A stretch of 64,000 nucleotides of DNA from Eledone cirrhosa. Its lineage: Eukaryota. Below are positions 15,860 through 29,494 of the stretch, piece by piece. Every line of letters starts with the position of its first letter. The first letter of the stretch is position 1. The notes beneath the pieces were generated by a model. The model did no database searches. It worked only from the letters and a program-made list of their open reading frames with translations, and was not told where the DNA came from. The stretch spans positions 15,686,001 through 15,750,000 of the forward strand of contig OZ024759.1 in the NCBI GenBank assembly GCA_964016885.1. Direction: 5' to 3'. The position numbers and the translations under genes are program-made.

Positions 15860-17060
15860 AAACACCACCAACAGCAGCACAAACACCACCAACAGCAGCA
15901 TAAACACCAACAACAAGCACAAACACCACCAACAGCAGCACAAACACTACCAACACATACACCACCAACTGCACAAACACTATCAACATCAGCACAAACA
16001 CCACCAACAGCAGCATAAACACCAACAACAAGCACAAACACTACCAACACAAACGCCACCAACTGCACAAACACTACCAACACAAACACCACCAACTGCA
16101 CAAACACTATCAACATCAGCACAAACACCACCAACAGCAGCATAAACACCACCAACTGCACAAACACTACCAACACAAACGCCACCAACTGCACAAACAC
16201 TACCAACACAAACACCACCAACTGCACAAACATTATCAACAGCAGCACAAACACCACCATCAACAGCACAAACACCACCAACAGCAGCACAAACACCACC
16301 AACAGCAGCAGAAACACTACCAACACAAACACCACCAACTGCACAAACACTACCAACACAAACACCACCAACTGCACAAACATTACCATGAACAGCACAA
16401 ACACCACCAACAGCAGCACAAACACTACCAACACAAACACCACCAACTGCACAAACACTACCAACACAAACACCACCAACTGCACAAACACTACCAACAC
16501 AAACACCACCAACACAAACACCACCAACAGCAGCACAAACACCACCAAGAGCAGCAGAAACACTACCAACACAAACACCACCAACTGCACAAACATTACC
16601 ATCAACAGCACAAACACCACCAACAGCAGCACAAACACCACCAACAGCAGCACAAACACTACCAACACAAACACCACCAACAGCAGCACAAACACCACCA
16701 ACAGCAGCACAAACACCACCAACAGCAGCACAAACACTACCAACACAAACACCACCAACAGCAGCACAAACACCACCAACAGCAGCACAAACACTACCAA
16801 CACAAACACCACCAACTGCACAAACACTACCAACACAAACACCACCAACTGCACAAACACGACCAACACAAACACCACCAGCACAAACACCACCAACAGC
16901 AGCACAAACACTACCAACACAAACACCACCAACTGCACAAACACTACCAACACAAACACCACCAACACAAACACTACCAACAGCAGCACAAACACCACCA
17001 TCAACAGCACAAACACAACCAGTAGCCCATATACTATCACCAACTTCACCACTACTGGCA
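15860..17060. repeat. minisatellite of 15-21-bp ACAAACACCACCAAC(AGCAGC/TGC) units
   Basis: Directly visible; unit lengths in multiples of 3 explain the long NT-rich and V-rich ORFs. Confidence 0.95.
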
Positions 17061-17070
17061 ATTATGATGG

Positions 17071-17163
17071 TTTCTTATATAGGCACAAGGCCTGCAATTG
17101 GGGGGAAGGGGAAAGGCGATTAAATCGACCCCAGTACGTTACTGGTATTTATTTTATCGATCC
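17071..17163 (-). mobile_element. octopus-type SINE 3' fragment
   Basis: GGCACAAGGCC...ATCGACCCCAGTAC..ACTGGTATTTATTTTATCGA. Confidence 0.75.
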
Positions 17164-17451
17164 TACTGCCTTTAATAATACCAACACCACCATTACAATC
17201 AGCACAAACACAAACAACACCACCACCATCACCACTGCTGTCAACAACAAGAACGATAAAAATACCATCAACGATAACAACAACAATGATAGCAACACTA
17301 TCACTACTATCAGCAACACAAACAACACCAACAACAACAACATCAATATTACCACTACTGTCAACAACAACAACAACAATACCACTAACGCCACATCAGC
17401 ACTACAAACACCACCACTCCCACCACCCCAACCATCATCACTAACCTCTTG

Positions 17452-19020
17452 ACTATCACCACCATCACCTGCACCATCGCCACTACCACCACCACTACCA
17501 TCACCACCACCATCACCTGCACCATCACCACTACCATCACCACTACCATCACCACCACCATCACCTGCACCATCACCACTACCATCACCACTACCATCAC
17601 CACCACCATCACCTGCACCATCACCACTACCACCACCACTACCATCACCACCACCATCACCTGCACCATCACCACTACCATCACCACTACCATCACCACC
17701 ACCATCACCTGCACCATCACCACTACCATCACCACTACCATCACCACCACCATCACCTGTACCATCACCACCACCATTACCTGCACCATCACCACCACCA
17801 TCACCTGCACCATCACCACTACCACCACCACTACCATCACCACCACCATCACCTGCACCATCACCACTACCATCACCACTACCATCACCACCACCATCAC
17901 CTGCACCATCACCACTACCACCACCACTACCATCACCACCACCATCACCTGCACCATCACCACTACCACCACCACTACCATCACCACCACCATCACCTGC
18001 ACCATCACCACCACCATCACCTGCACCATCACCACTACCATCACCACTACCATCACCACCACCATCACCTGCACCATCACCACTACCATCACCACTACCA
18101 TCACCACCACCATCACCTGCACCATCACCACTACCACCACCACTACCATCACCACCACCATCACCTGCACCATCACCACTACCACCACCACTACCATCAC
18201 CACCACCATCACCTGCACCATCACCACTACCATCACCACTACCATCACCACCACCATCACCTGCACCATCACCACCACCATCACCTGCACCATCACCACT
18301 ACCATCACCACTACCATCACCACCACCATCACCTGCACCATCACCACCACCATCACCTGCACCATCACCACTACCATCACCACTACCATCACCACCACCA
18401 TCACCTGTACCATCACCACCACCATCACCTGCACCATCACCACTACCATCACCACTACCATCACCACCACCATCACCTGTACCATCACCACTACCATCAC
18501 CTGTACCATCACCTGTACCATCACCACTACCACCACCTTTACCATCACCACTACCTGTACCATCACCGTCACCACTACCACCACAATCACCTGTACCACC
18601 ACCATCACCTGTACCATCACCACTACCACTACCACCACCATCACCTCTACCATCGCCACTCCCACCACCACCACCTGTACCATCACCACCACCTGTACCA
18701 TCACCACCACCTGTACCATCACCACTACCTGTACCATCACCACCACCTGTACCACCACCATCACCTGTACCACCACCATCACCTGTACCATCACCACTAA
18801 CAACACCATTCCCACCTTCATCACTACCACTACCACCACCACCACCACCACTACCACCACCACTACCACCACCACAACCACTACCACCACCACAACCACT
18901 ACCACCACCACCACTATCACCACCACCACTACCACCACCACAACCACCACCACAACCACTACCACCACCACCACCACTATCACCACCACCACTACCACCA
19001 CCACCACCACTATCACCACA
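17452..19020. repeat. (ACCATCACC/ACT/TGC)n minisatellite
   Basis: Directly visible; it explains the TITTTITC and VVVM ORFs. Confidence 0.95.
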
Positions 19021-19344
19021 GATCCTTTCATTAATATATATTTACAACCATGCAGCCATCTACATCCACACCACACCACACCACGCCACCCCCACTCTCA
19101 CTCCCACACACAATTTGACAAATTTTATATTACACCTTGTTGCATGAATAAAACTGTAAATATGTAAATAACATTACAAATATTGATGGAAATATTTTTT
19201 AAATAAAAGAGTAAAACAAAACCAAGCAACGAAGAGAGAGAGGGGGAGGGGGGTAAAGAAGGGCAGGTCTGGCTGTAGAGGAATATAGAGGAAAGGACTA
19301 TAAATGACATAAGTGAGAGGAAAGGGAGGGGAAAGGGAGAGGGT

Positions 19345-19684
<340 letters not shown>

Positions 19685-19695
19685 CAGCTCTTAAA

Positions 19696-19900
19696 TATTA
19701 CTGGAATTCTATAAGAATCCAGCTTCTATAATTTTCGGCAAAGGCAGGGGAGTGTGGTCTTGATAAACGACAACAAGCAAGAAACAGACTGTCGATCACT
19801 CTCCCTTTGTCAAGTAAGTGATATAGTCACTACTTTAAAACTCATAGCGAATAGTCTTCAAAATCTTTTTAATAAAACATACAGTATATTTCCAAATATA
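19696..19900 (+). repeat. unclassified dispersed repeat (second copy at ~29223-29440)
   Basis: Both copies share ATTACTGGAATTCTATAAGAATCCA.CTTCTATAAT..TCGGC and ATAGTCACTACTTTAAAA. Confidence 0.7.
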
Positions 19901-19903
19901 CTA

Positions 19904-19952
<49 letters not shown>

Positions 19953-19955
<3 letters not shown>

Positions 19956-19987
19956 GGAGGTCACAGGATGTGTGACGAAAGGGCTTT
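19953..19987 (+). ncRNA. 5'-truncated minimal hammerhead motif (family D)
   Basis: TGAGGA-G-GTCACA GGATG TGTGAC-GAAA-GGGC-TT; C3 and the helix I 5' strand are replaced by (AT)n. Confidence 0.5.
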
Positions 19988-20242
19988 GACAATATATAAA
20001 CAACCATCAGGTTATCGAACCAACCAATCAACCGGAAATTTATAATAAATTAAAGTGAAAACCAACAGGTGCGTGTGTCTTTATTGGCATCATGACCCTC
20101 CCAAAGTATAACTATATATATATATATATATAAGATATTATTTTGACAATGAAAACAATAACAAAGTCAAGTTATTTTACCTATTCATTTCATTGTTTTA
20201 CGATAGTTTCGGAGGGGAGACCACATTGAATATATATATATA

Positions 20243-20417
20243 CAATATATTAATAAATGGAAACTATATTTATAAAACCATAATTATTTTATTATATATA
20301 TTTAAAGAGCAACCAATGCAAATTATGGTGCGCTTTCATCAGATAAAATACAGATTTGTTTTATAAATAAATATTACCATACCCGGAAAAAAGACAACCT
20401 TAACGTTTGAAGTTCCA
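20243..20417 (-). mobile_element. Penelope-like pseudo-LTR fragment, family C, with a mutated hammerhead (GAAA>TAAA)
   Basis: The reverse complement aligns with 22906-23072 and contains TATTTTAT-CTGATGA...TAAA-TATATA-TA-ATAAAATA. Confidence 0.7.
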
Positions 20418-20741
20418 ATATTAATATATTGAATATTTACTCCACAAATCTGTTGAGTGCTTTATATCAGTTATAAAATTGTTAAGCTTGTTGAATCCCA
20501 ACAAATTAAATATAACCTCTGCATATATATATATATATATAGGAAAAGAAATAGAAAATGCAACTGGGGTCTTTTTAAAAATATTTATTTGTTTACTTTA
20601 CCGGTTTCACAGTTCTTATGCTTTTCAAAAGTAGAATTAGGATGGAGGATGTGGTTTTTTATATTGCATAGAAACGGAATCTGTCCAGGAGTTAGATATA
20701 TGAGATATCTTTACCAAAACACTGCTACTGTACACACTAAA

Positions 20742-20779
<38 letters not shown>

Positions 20780-20802
20780 AAAATGTTCAACCCCGTTGAA
20801 AA

Positions 20803-20887
20803 TGTTCCTATTACCCACTCTACTACTCTAAGTATTGAGTACTCTGGTGCGTTATGGTCCATCTGGTTCCTTACCACACTTCCTTCG

Positions 20888-20890
<3 letters not shown>
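20803..20890 (+). mobile_element. 3' end of the family B Penelope-like pseudo-LTR
   Basis: GTTCCTATTACCCACTCTACTACTCTAAGTATTGAGTAC...CCTTCGTTA matches 54030-54115. Confidence 0.8.
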
Positions 20891-20951
<61 letters not shown>

Positions 20952-20968
20952 GTATATATATATGTATA

Positions 20969-21027
<59 letters not shown>

Positions 21028-21032
21028 GTATA

Positions 21033-21105
<73 letters not shown>

Positions 21106-21235
21106 TGGAAAATGTGTGAAATCCTTGGTACAGTTAAGTATATTTGAAAAAAGGAAAAGAATGACTTCACTTGTAGTTCTAAATAATTTGATTTAATTTT
21201 ATAATATTATTATTTTACAATTTAGTTTTGTAGAT

Positions 21236-21655
21236 CTAGTCGTTATCAAAAAGGTAGTGATTGTTCTCCAATACTAATTTGAGTCCTTCCAAAATAAACT
21301 TTTTGGGGAATCCCTCTGAAATGAAGTCTGGGTGTTTTGTAATCAAGAAGTCAACAGCTTCGATTCCTAAGTCGTGTGGGATGTTAGTATCTAAGCCTGT
21401 TACGTCAAAGCTAACTAAGATTGCTTCTTGGTGTACTTTCTGGGGTATATAGTTCAGGAATTCCATATCATCTCTGATGAAGCTTGGCACTTTTTTACAT
21501 AAGGCTTTCAATATGATGTCTAATAGGTTAAGACGGTATGTGCTTGAAGCTGGACCAGCAACAATTGGGCGTAATTTTAAATCTGTCGGTTTTGGTACTT
21601 CAACATATGGTGTATTTTTGCCTTTTATGTTGTTTTGGATTTCTCTGGATTCTAC
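21236..21655 (-). pseudogene. Penelope-like element reverse transcriptase fragment
   Basis: Continuous frame ESREIQ...PKPTDLKLRPIVAGPASSTYRL..LDIILKAL..KVPSFIRDDMEFL...ILVSFDVTGLDTNIPHDLGIEA...LVLENNHYLFD. The RPIV, SFDV..L.TNIP and VLENN motifs are typical of PLE RTs. Confidence 0.9.
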
Positions 21656-22693
21656 AGATTTTAAAGCTAAATTGTAAAATTATAATATTATAAAATTAAA
21701 TCAAATTTTTTAGAACTACAAGTGAAGTTATTCTTTTCCTTTTTTCAAATATATTGAAAGAGTGAAGAATAACATCAAAGGACTTTCTGATGATCTGGTT
21801 AAGCTAACATCATATTTAAAATTGAGAGGCACAGCTTCAAGTGTTCAGCAATTTTTAGACAACTTGATCGGTGAAACAATTGTTAAACTGTAAATAAAAC
21901 CCCTTTTTTTTTGTACTGTTGACCATGTTATTCTTCACTCTTTCAATATTATTACTCCAAGATAAACTTAGGAATTCAAGAGAACTCACAAACTCGCCAC
22001 CTACGGAAACCTCTTGTTGAGTGAAACAACGCCGTACGCTAAAACTCTCCACAATACGGAGTATTCACAACCTCTAACTGGATTACCTATAACGATATTT
22101 TGTTATCTCTTATATTTAGAACACTGGAAGGTAATATCCATCATCATCAATAGTCATCACCATCATCATCAACACCATTAACATCAATATCATCATCATC
22201 ATCACCATCACAACCACTACCATCATCATCACCATCGTCACCCCCACCATCATCATCACCCCCCCCCCTTCCCACCATCATCATCATCACCACCATCAAC
22301 ACCCGCACCATCATCACCACCACCACTGCCATCGCCCCCACCACCACCATTATTAATGTCTTTCTCCTACTGTACTGTTTGTCCTCAATATTTGTTTGTT
22401 GTTTTTTGTTTGTTGTCGTTGTTATTGTTATTGTTTGTTTATATTTTGTTTGTTCTTTTTTTGTAATTCGTATTTTCTCCCAAAAATTCCCAACATTCTA
22501 ATTATGATTAACGACTTTAAAACTTATTACTCTCTTACCCACCCACCCTCCTCCCATCTCCCCCTTACTCTTCCTCCTCCCTTGACCTATACTGTATCTT
22601 TACCGTCTTCCTCTTTCTACCACACTTCCCCTATTCCCTATCACCTCCCACCCCCCACTCTCCCTCCTTATACTTCGTAATTCTGTATTTTAT

Positions 22694-22732
<39 letters not shown>

Positions 22733-22743
22733 GCATATGCCAT

Positions 22744-22792
<49 letters not shown>

Positions 22793-22968
22793 ATCCAACG
22801 CTTTCTTTCTTGCTCTCTTTCTTTATCCGTTTAATGAGATCGTTAGAGAAACTATGTTTGCGGCTCTGTGTATGTGTGTATGTGTGTATGTATGTGTGTG
22901 TGTGTGGAAAAACTTGAACCGTTAAGATCTCGTTCCTGGATATGTCAATATTTATAAAACAAACTTTG

Positions 22969-23029
22969 TATTTTATCTGATGAGAGCGTACCAAAGTTTT
23001 GGTACCTTTGAAATATATATAATAGAATA
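22969..23029 (+). ncRNA. type-I hammerhead ribozyme motif (family C) with an apparently intact core
   Basis: Helix I TATTTTAT/ATAGAATA (8 bp, one G-U), CTGATGA at 22977-83, helix II GTACCAA/TTGGTAC, GAAA at 23010-13, helix III ATATATAT, predicted cleavage after A23021. Confidence 0.75.
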
Positions 23030-23585
23030 AATAGGGTTTTATAAATATAGTTTCCATTTATTAATATCATTGATATATATTATATATATATATACATACA
23101 TACACATATATACACATAGATATGTACGTATGGGTTATATCAAATATCACACACACAAATACATTAAAATGTAAGATGTGATGTGAATTTGATAATAAAC
23201 AATTTTAGCCTCCCTGACGTTAAACAAGTTTTGGTTCTGTGTAGTCAGAACGATAAAAGGACATTTCTGATATTCATCTGTTTACAAAGATGTTGGCAAC
23301 TCGTGTCTATTTACAGTATCTACAAACCGGGACGCAACTAAACTGGTCTGTCCAATTTGCATAACAGTATGCTCTAACAATGATGAAAAATTAACAGCAA
23401 TAGCAATAAGATCAATAAACACACGGGGTATGGACACTGTTAAGGAATACCAATTTGATAAAAGATGTGTCACCGTTGAAATTCCTTCGATCGTGGGACT
23501 ACTGGATCAGGACCGACTGGAGGTTAAACAACAACATATGCAAGAAGGGATGGTTCCTTAATGAGGGAGTTGGGATGGCCACTGT

Positions 23586-23651
23586 TGAAACGGATTTGAT
23601 CATAGATTGAAACGGATTTGATCATAGATTGAAACGGATTTGATCATAGAT
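23586..23651. repeat. 22-bp triple tandem repeat TGAAACGGATTTGATCATAGAT
   Basis: Three perfect copies. Confidence 0.95.
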
Positions 23652-23860
23652 CTGCTGTGTCTGGGCTGATATGACTTTAAACAGAAACAACAACATCAAC
23701 AGAAAACAGTGATATCAAGGAAGCATATACTGGATTATTTAGTTTGAGAAAAGATGTGACGGCAACAGACGGAAAAAAACATTTATTGTGGATTTACTGA
23801 GTCCGGTCTGGTCTGGATTTTATCAAATACGACATTTATATAATGTAGTTTTTATATATA

Positions 23861-24043
23861 TAATTGTTTCTACTTTTGGCACAAGGCCAGCATTTACCCA
23901 GTACATTATTGGTACTTTATTTTATCGACCCCCGTGAGGATGAAAGGCAAAGTTAACCTGGACGGGATTTGAAATCAGACCGTAAAGGGACGTAACTATA
24001 CTAGAAAGCATGGCGTCCAATCCTCTACCGATAATGCTGGTTG
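23861..24043 (-). mobile_element. octopus-type tRNA-derived SINE
   Basis: GTTTCTACTTTTGGCACAAGGCCAGC..TTTTATCGACCCC..GGATGAAAGGCAAAGTTAACCT..GGATTTGAA. Confidence 0.85.
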
Positions 24044-24575
24044 CAGAGGTGACATTGTTTATGTCTCGCCACTACCATGACTACCTACATTATTTTTTCA
24101 AACTCAAGAAACCGTATAAATATAAGTTTAAAAGCTGAGGAAACGAAAAGGATTTTCAGATAGAGCGTTTTCTTCTTCTTCGCCGTCCACTTATTCCTAA
24201 GGGGGTCGAGAGGGAGAGAGGGGGAGAGAGGAGGGATAGGGGGGGAGGGAGAAAGAGGGGGAGAGAGGGATAAAGAGAGGGAGAGAGAGGGAGAGAGAGG
24301 GAGAAAGAGAGAGAGGGAGAGAGAGAGGGAGAGAGGGAGAGAGAGGGAGAGAGAGAGAAAAGAAAGTAATCGATTTCCTGAACTCGCAAAGATCCATAAA
24401 GTCAGCTTACTTCTCCGATTACTCGAGTGTTAACAGCAGATAATATTAAATATAATGTCCCAGATCGCTGGATTGGTGGTAAGCTGGATTATCACAGATA
24501 ACGTCTTTCACCTTCTCCTTCCCTTCCTCCTCTTCCCTTACACACTTTCATTGTTTTATCTATTGCTGGAGTGGA

Positions 24576-26108
24576 GGCGCTGAAATGACTGCGCTGAAAT
24601 GGCGGCGCTGAAATGGCGACGCCGAAATGGCGGCGCTAAAATGACTGTGCTGAAATAATTGCGTTGAAATGGTGGAGCTGAATTGACTGCGCTGAAATAA
24701 TTGCGTTGAAATGGTGGAGCTGAAATGGTGGCACTGAAATAACTGCGCTGAAATGACCGCGCTAATTTCGCTGCGCTGAAATGGCGGCGCTAAAATGGCG
24801 GCGCTGAAATGGCTGCGCTGAAATGGCGGCGCTGAAATGACTGCGCTGAAATGGCGGCGCTAAAGTGGCGGCGCTGAAATGACGACGCTGAAATGATGGC
24901 GATGAAATAATTGCGTTGAAATGGTGGCGCTGAAATGGTGGCGCTGAAATAACTGCGCTGAAATGGCCGCGCTAATTTCGCTGCGCTGAAATGGCGGCGC
25001 TAAAATGGCGGCGCTGAAATGGCTGCGCTGAAATGGCGGCGCTGAAATGACTGCGCTGAAATGGCGGCGCTAAAGTGGCGGCGCTGAAATGACGACGCTG
25101 AAATGATGGCGATGAAATAATTGCGTTGAAATGGTGGCGCTGAAATGGTGGCGCTGAAATAACTGCGCTGAAATGGCCGCGCTAATTTCGCTGCGCTGAA
25201 ATGGCGGCGCTAAAATGGCGGCGCTGAAATGACTGCGCTGAAATGGCGGCGCTGAAATGACTGCGCTGAAATGGCGGCGCTAAAGTGGCGGCGCTGAAAT
25301 GGCGGCGCTGAAATGACGACGCTGAAATGATGGCGATGAAATAATTGCGTTGAAATGGTGGCGCTGAAATAATTGCGTTGAAATGGTGGAGCTGAAATGG
25401 CGGCGCTGAAATGGCGACGCCGAAATGGCGGCGCTAAAATGACTGTGCTAAAATAATTGCGCTGAAATGGTGGCGCTGAAATGGCCGCGCTGAAATGACT
25501 GCGCTGAAATGGCGGCGATGAAATGACTGCGCTGAAATGGCGGCGCTGAAATGACTGCGCTGAAATGGCGGCGCTAAAGTGGCGGCGCTGAAATGGCGGC
25601 GCTGAAATGACGACGCTGAAATAATTGCGTTGAAATGGTGGCGCTGAAATAATTGCGTTGAAATGGTGGAGCTGAAATGGTGGCGCTGAAATAACTGCGC
25701 TGAAATGGCCGCGCTAAAGTGGCGGCGCTGAAATGGCGGCGCTGAAATGACGACGCTGAAATGATGGCGATGAAATAATTGCGTTGAAATGGTGGAGCTG
25801 AAATGGTGGCGCTGAAATGGTGGCGCTGAAATAACTGCGCTGAAATGGCCGCGCTAATTTCGCTGCGCTGAAATGGCGGCGCTAAAATGGCGGCGCTGAA
25901 ATGGCGGCGCTGAAATGATGGCGATGAAATAATTGCGTTGAAATGGTGGCGCTGAAATAATTGCGTTGAAATGGTGGCGCTGAAATAAATGCGCTGAAAT
26001 CGCCGCGCTAATTTCTCTGCGCTGAAATGGCGGGGCTAAAATGGCGGCGCTGAAATGGCGGCGCTGAAATGACGACGCTAAAATGATGGCGATGAAATGG
26101 CGCTGAAT
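24576..26108. repeat. CpG-rich 14-bp satellite (GGCGGCGCTGAAAT)n with a 210-bp higher-order repeat
   Basis: About 1.5 kb of 14-mers; the diagnostic variant GCTAATTTCG occurs at 24761, 24971 and 25181 (period 210 = 15 x 14). Confidence 0.97.
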
Positions 26109-26384
26109 TGACGGCTGTCTTTGATATGTTAACAAGATCGCTTCGCAAACAACCACGTAGTTATGAGTTCAATCACACACTGGATTGACATCGATTGTAA
26201 CAAAAATCTTTAGTCTACTCCTCGTAATTTGTATTTTATTAGTTTACGCGAGAATATCGTTTGTCAACGTTTGTCATAGAGTTTTGAGAGTCCAGGGTAA
26301 CAGGGTAAAGTTGTTTGTGAATTCATTATTCATTATTATATTTTCTATCTAAAGAATATCAGATCGTGCATGCTCAAGTGTGTA

Positions 26385-26427
<43 letters not shown>

Positions 26428-26536
26428 TTGTGCGTGTATATGTATGTGTGTGTAAGTATGTGTGCGTGTGCGTCAGTGTGCGTGTGTATATATATGTGTG
26501 TGTATATATGTGTCTGTATGTATATAAATGTGTGTG

Positions 26537-26634
<98 letters not shown>

Positions 26635-27429
26635 AGAGAGAGTTTGCGTGTGTGTGTGTATGCATATGTGCGTGTACACGCGGGTTTGTATTTTTTCCCC
26701 CAGAGTTGGTCGATGTTTTGCAGTAATCCATTTTGGTTGTGTGTTATCATATCGATCTTTCGTTGTCACGCCTATTTTTTGAAAAATGACAATTACATTA
26801 CAATAGAATATAGCAAAACATTCAATGTCTAAAAACTTGGGGGCTTCAATTTTTGAAAGGGTTTTTTTTTCTTTAGCAACTTCATCGATCACAACTAACG
26901 ACAAGGTAGTAGATTTCTTCTGTCGATTCATGTGATAATAGTTCTTTCATTTGGTCGCTCGTTAATGTAAACAGTGAAGAAGTCCTCCTAAAATCTTGCA
27001 GAGAGTTGTATTCTGAGTTGTTTGTATCCTTCGTTTCTTTCTATTTGTTCATAAGCAGCTGCCGCGCCACGTCATTGTAATGGCGACTGTTCTATCTTTA
27101 TAACATCGAACGTGTTATGTCTTTTTTATTTTCTAGTTGAGGTTCATATTTTTAATATATTTCTCGAGATCAGAATTTTCAGCGTTTTCTGATACGATAT
27201 AAATATTTACATATGTGTGTGTGCGTATATATATATGTGTGTGTGTATATATGCGTGTATGTGTGTATATATATATATATATAGGTGTGTATGTGTGTGT
27301 GCGTGTGCGTGTGTTTGAATATATATATATATATATATACTGTATATATATGTGTGTGTGTATATGTGTGTACATATGTGTGTATATATATGTGCGTGTG
27401 CGAGTGGGCATGTGCGAGTGTGAGCGCGT

Positions 27430-27528
<99 letters not shown>

Positions 27529-28029
27529 TAAATTATATAAGTTCATAATATGACAGTAAGGCGTTCAGATATTTAAAGCTCAGATGTGGTATTTTCAATA
27601 TCCAGATTGAAAGGTAGTGCTGAGATAAATCCAGATAGTATACGTCATATCATCGTAGATTTATAATCATAGAGAATAAATAAAAGCAAGAAATAGCTCA
27701 CCAAGGTTCAACAATTAATAGAAGGAATTCGTGGTTTACTTGAAGCATTGTATATAGTATAAAAAATTGCAAGTTGTAAATCCATGACAATGTGAATTGG
27801 ACGGAAAATAATCAAGTCGTAAGAAACGGGAGATGTTTTTTTTTTTACCTTAATTTATTCCTATGTCCTGATATTTCGAGAGTAATATCCCTTATTCCGA
27901 GGAAAATAAAGGAACTATTCCAGTGTCCGTCCGGCTTGCTATACCAAGCAGGAGCATGGCATTGCAAGGAAATATCAGGACCTATGAATAAATTAAGCTG
28001 ATATGGTGAACTAACTGGTGTGTTACCAC

Positions 28030-28081
<52 letters not shown>

Positions 28082-28085
<4 letters not shown>

Positions 28086-28920
28086 GCCTGGAGTTGCGAC
28101 AAACAGATAGTATTAGCAATTGGAAAGACCAATGGAAACATTGTTTCTTCGGTCCGATTTGACGAGCTCCACCTTACCCGTTAAACGAATGAACTCTGGG
28201 ATCTTGTGGATATATATGAGTGTATGTATGTAAATATAATTATGGTTTTTGAAGCTAGTCGAATAGATTCCGTGTAGCCTCAGCATTTTTCGTTTGTCCA
28301 TTCAGTTGCAGTCGATAAAGCTGTGCATAATTTAGTTCTGTTGTTATTTGTGATGCAAGATGAAGTGTGTATGTTGTTATCGTCTGCAAAATTCCTATAC
28401 TTCCACAATTTCATAGAGAAATGTAAATACATCTTATTTAAAATGGAAAGAGAATGGGTGAAACTGGAGAGCCCTGTGGGAGATACATTAGAAGCTAAAT
28501 AATTTGGCCTATCTCGTCTCCAAGAGTCTGTCTTGCACTACATTTAGTGAGAAAGCTTTCAGCCCAGTTGGAAATGTTATTATATAACTTTTTAACTAGT
28601 TTCAATGGACTACGTTATCATAAGTTGCCAATATTTCAAGCTGTTTGATGTTTTTCAATAGTTTTGAGTTTCTGATGAATGTGGATATATCATGTACACA
28701 ATTCTCAATGTTCCTGTTTACTCGAAATCCGAACTACGATTTCGGGGAAAAGGTCCATTGTCTCTGGTAAGAAAGATAATTTTGTTAACCATAATGTTTT
28801 TTCGCCTTTTAGATAGATTACTTAGTAGTGCTATTGGACTATATGTTCTGGTAGAATAGTAGTATTTATTTATTTTTTTGTATTACTAACGTATTGGTAA
28901 ATTTCCATATATCTGGAAGT
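28082..28920 (-). pseudogene. decayed LINE reverse transcriptase (Jockey/I/CR1-like)
   Basis: Ordered motifs on the minus strand, interrupted by stops and frameshifts: YSPIALLSNLSK, FGFRVNR, ATYDNVVH..LVKKL, NWAESFLT, PQGSPVSPILF, NFADDNNI, TEWTNEK. Confidence 0.85.
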
Positions 28921-28931
28921 TCTTTGCTATT

Positions 28932-28965
<34 letters not shown>

Positions 28966-28978
28966 CAGATTAATGTTT

Positions 28979-29069
28979 AAGCAAAGAAACGCTGCTTTCA
29001 CTCTTATCGGGATCTTCTGAAACAGTTTCAGAAGATCCCCTTAAGGGTGAAAGCAGCGACTCTTTGCTT
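28979..29069. repeat. fold-back palindrome (~45-bp arms), related to 62845-62925
   Basis: AAGCAAAGAAACGCTGCTTTCACTCTTATCGGGATCTTCTGAAAC-A-GTTTCAGAAGATCCCCTTAAGGGTGAAAGCAGCGACTCTTTGCTT. Confidence 0.9.
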
Positions 29070-29121
29070 TAACTTTTATATAAACATGTTTTAACGGTAT
29101 ATTCTCCTTTGTAATCATTTC

Positions 29122-29152
<31 letters not shown>

Positions 29153-29443
29153 TTCAGCGCACCAATCCTAATATTTAATTTTTGCTGGACCGGCAATCGC
29201 TCTGTGTAATCAACTCCTGATTATTACTGGAATTCTATAAGAATCCACCTTCTATAATATTCGGCGGAAGAGGGCAGTTCGTAGCTCTGATGATTGCCAA
29301 ACAGCATGAAACAGACAGTTATCTTCTCTGTCTTCTTTCGCCGAAAAGAAGTAAGAGACATAGTCACTACTTTAAAATGATAGCGTAAGGTCTTCAAAAT
29401 GTTTTTAATTAAACATACTGTATATTGCCGAATATACACTGCG

Positions 29444-29494
<51 letters not shown>

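Noticed and set aside
15853-19167. Mucin-like Thr/Asn-rich ORFs (354-572 aa)
   Set aside because: They are 3n-unit minisatellites open on both strands, with no signal peptide or unique domain; one runs through a SINE.
23271-23561. ~95-codon open frame (..KLVCPICITVC..) after a TTTACAG acceptor-like site
   Set aside because: No recognisable homology or partner exons, so I cannot support it as a host exon.
24576-26108. CRISPR-like array
   Set aside because: Contiguous 14-mers with no unique spacers, no cas genes and a eukaryotic context. The same applies to 9170-10165.
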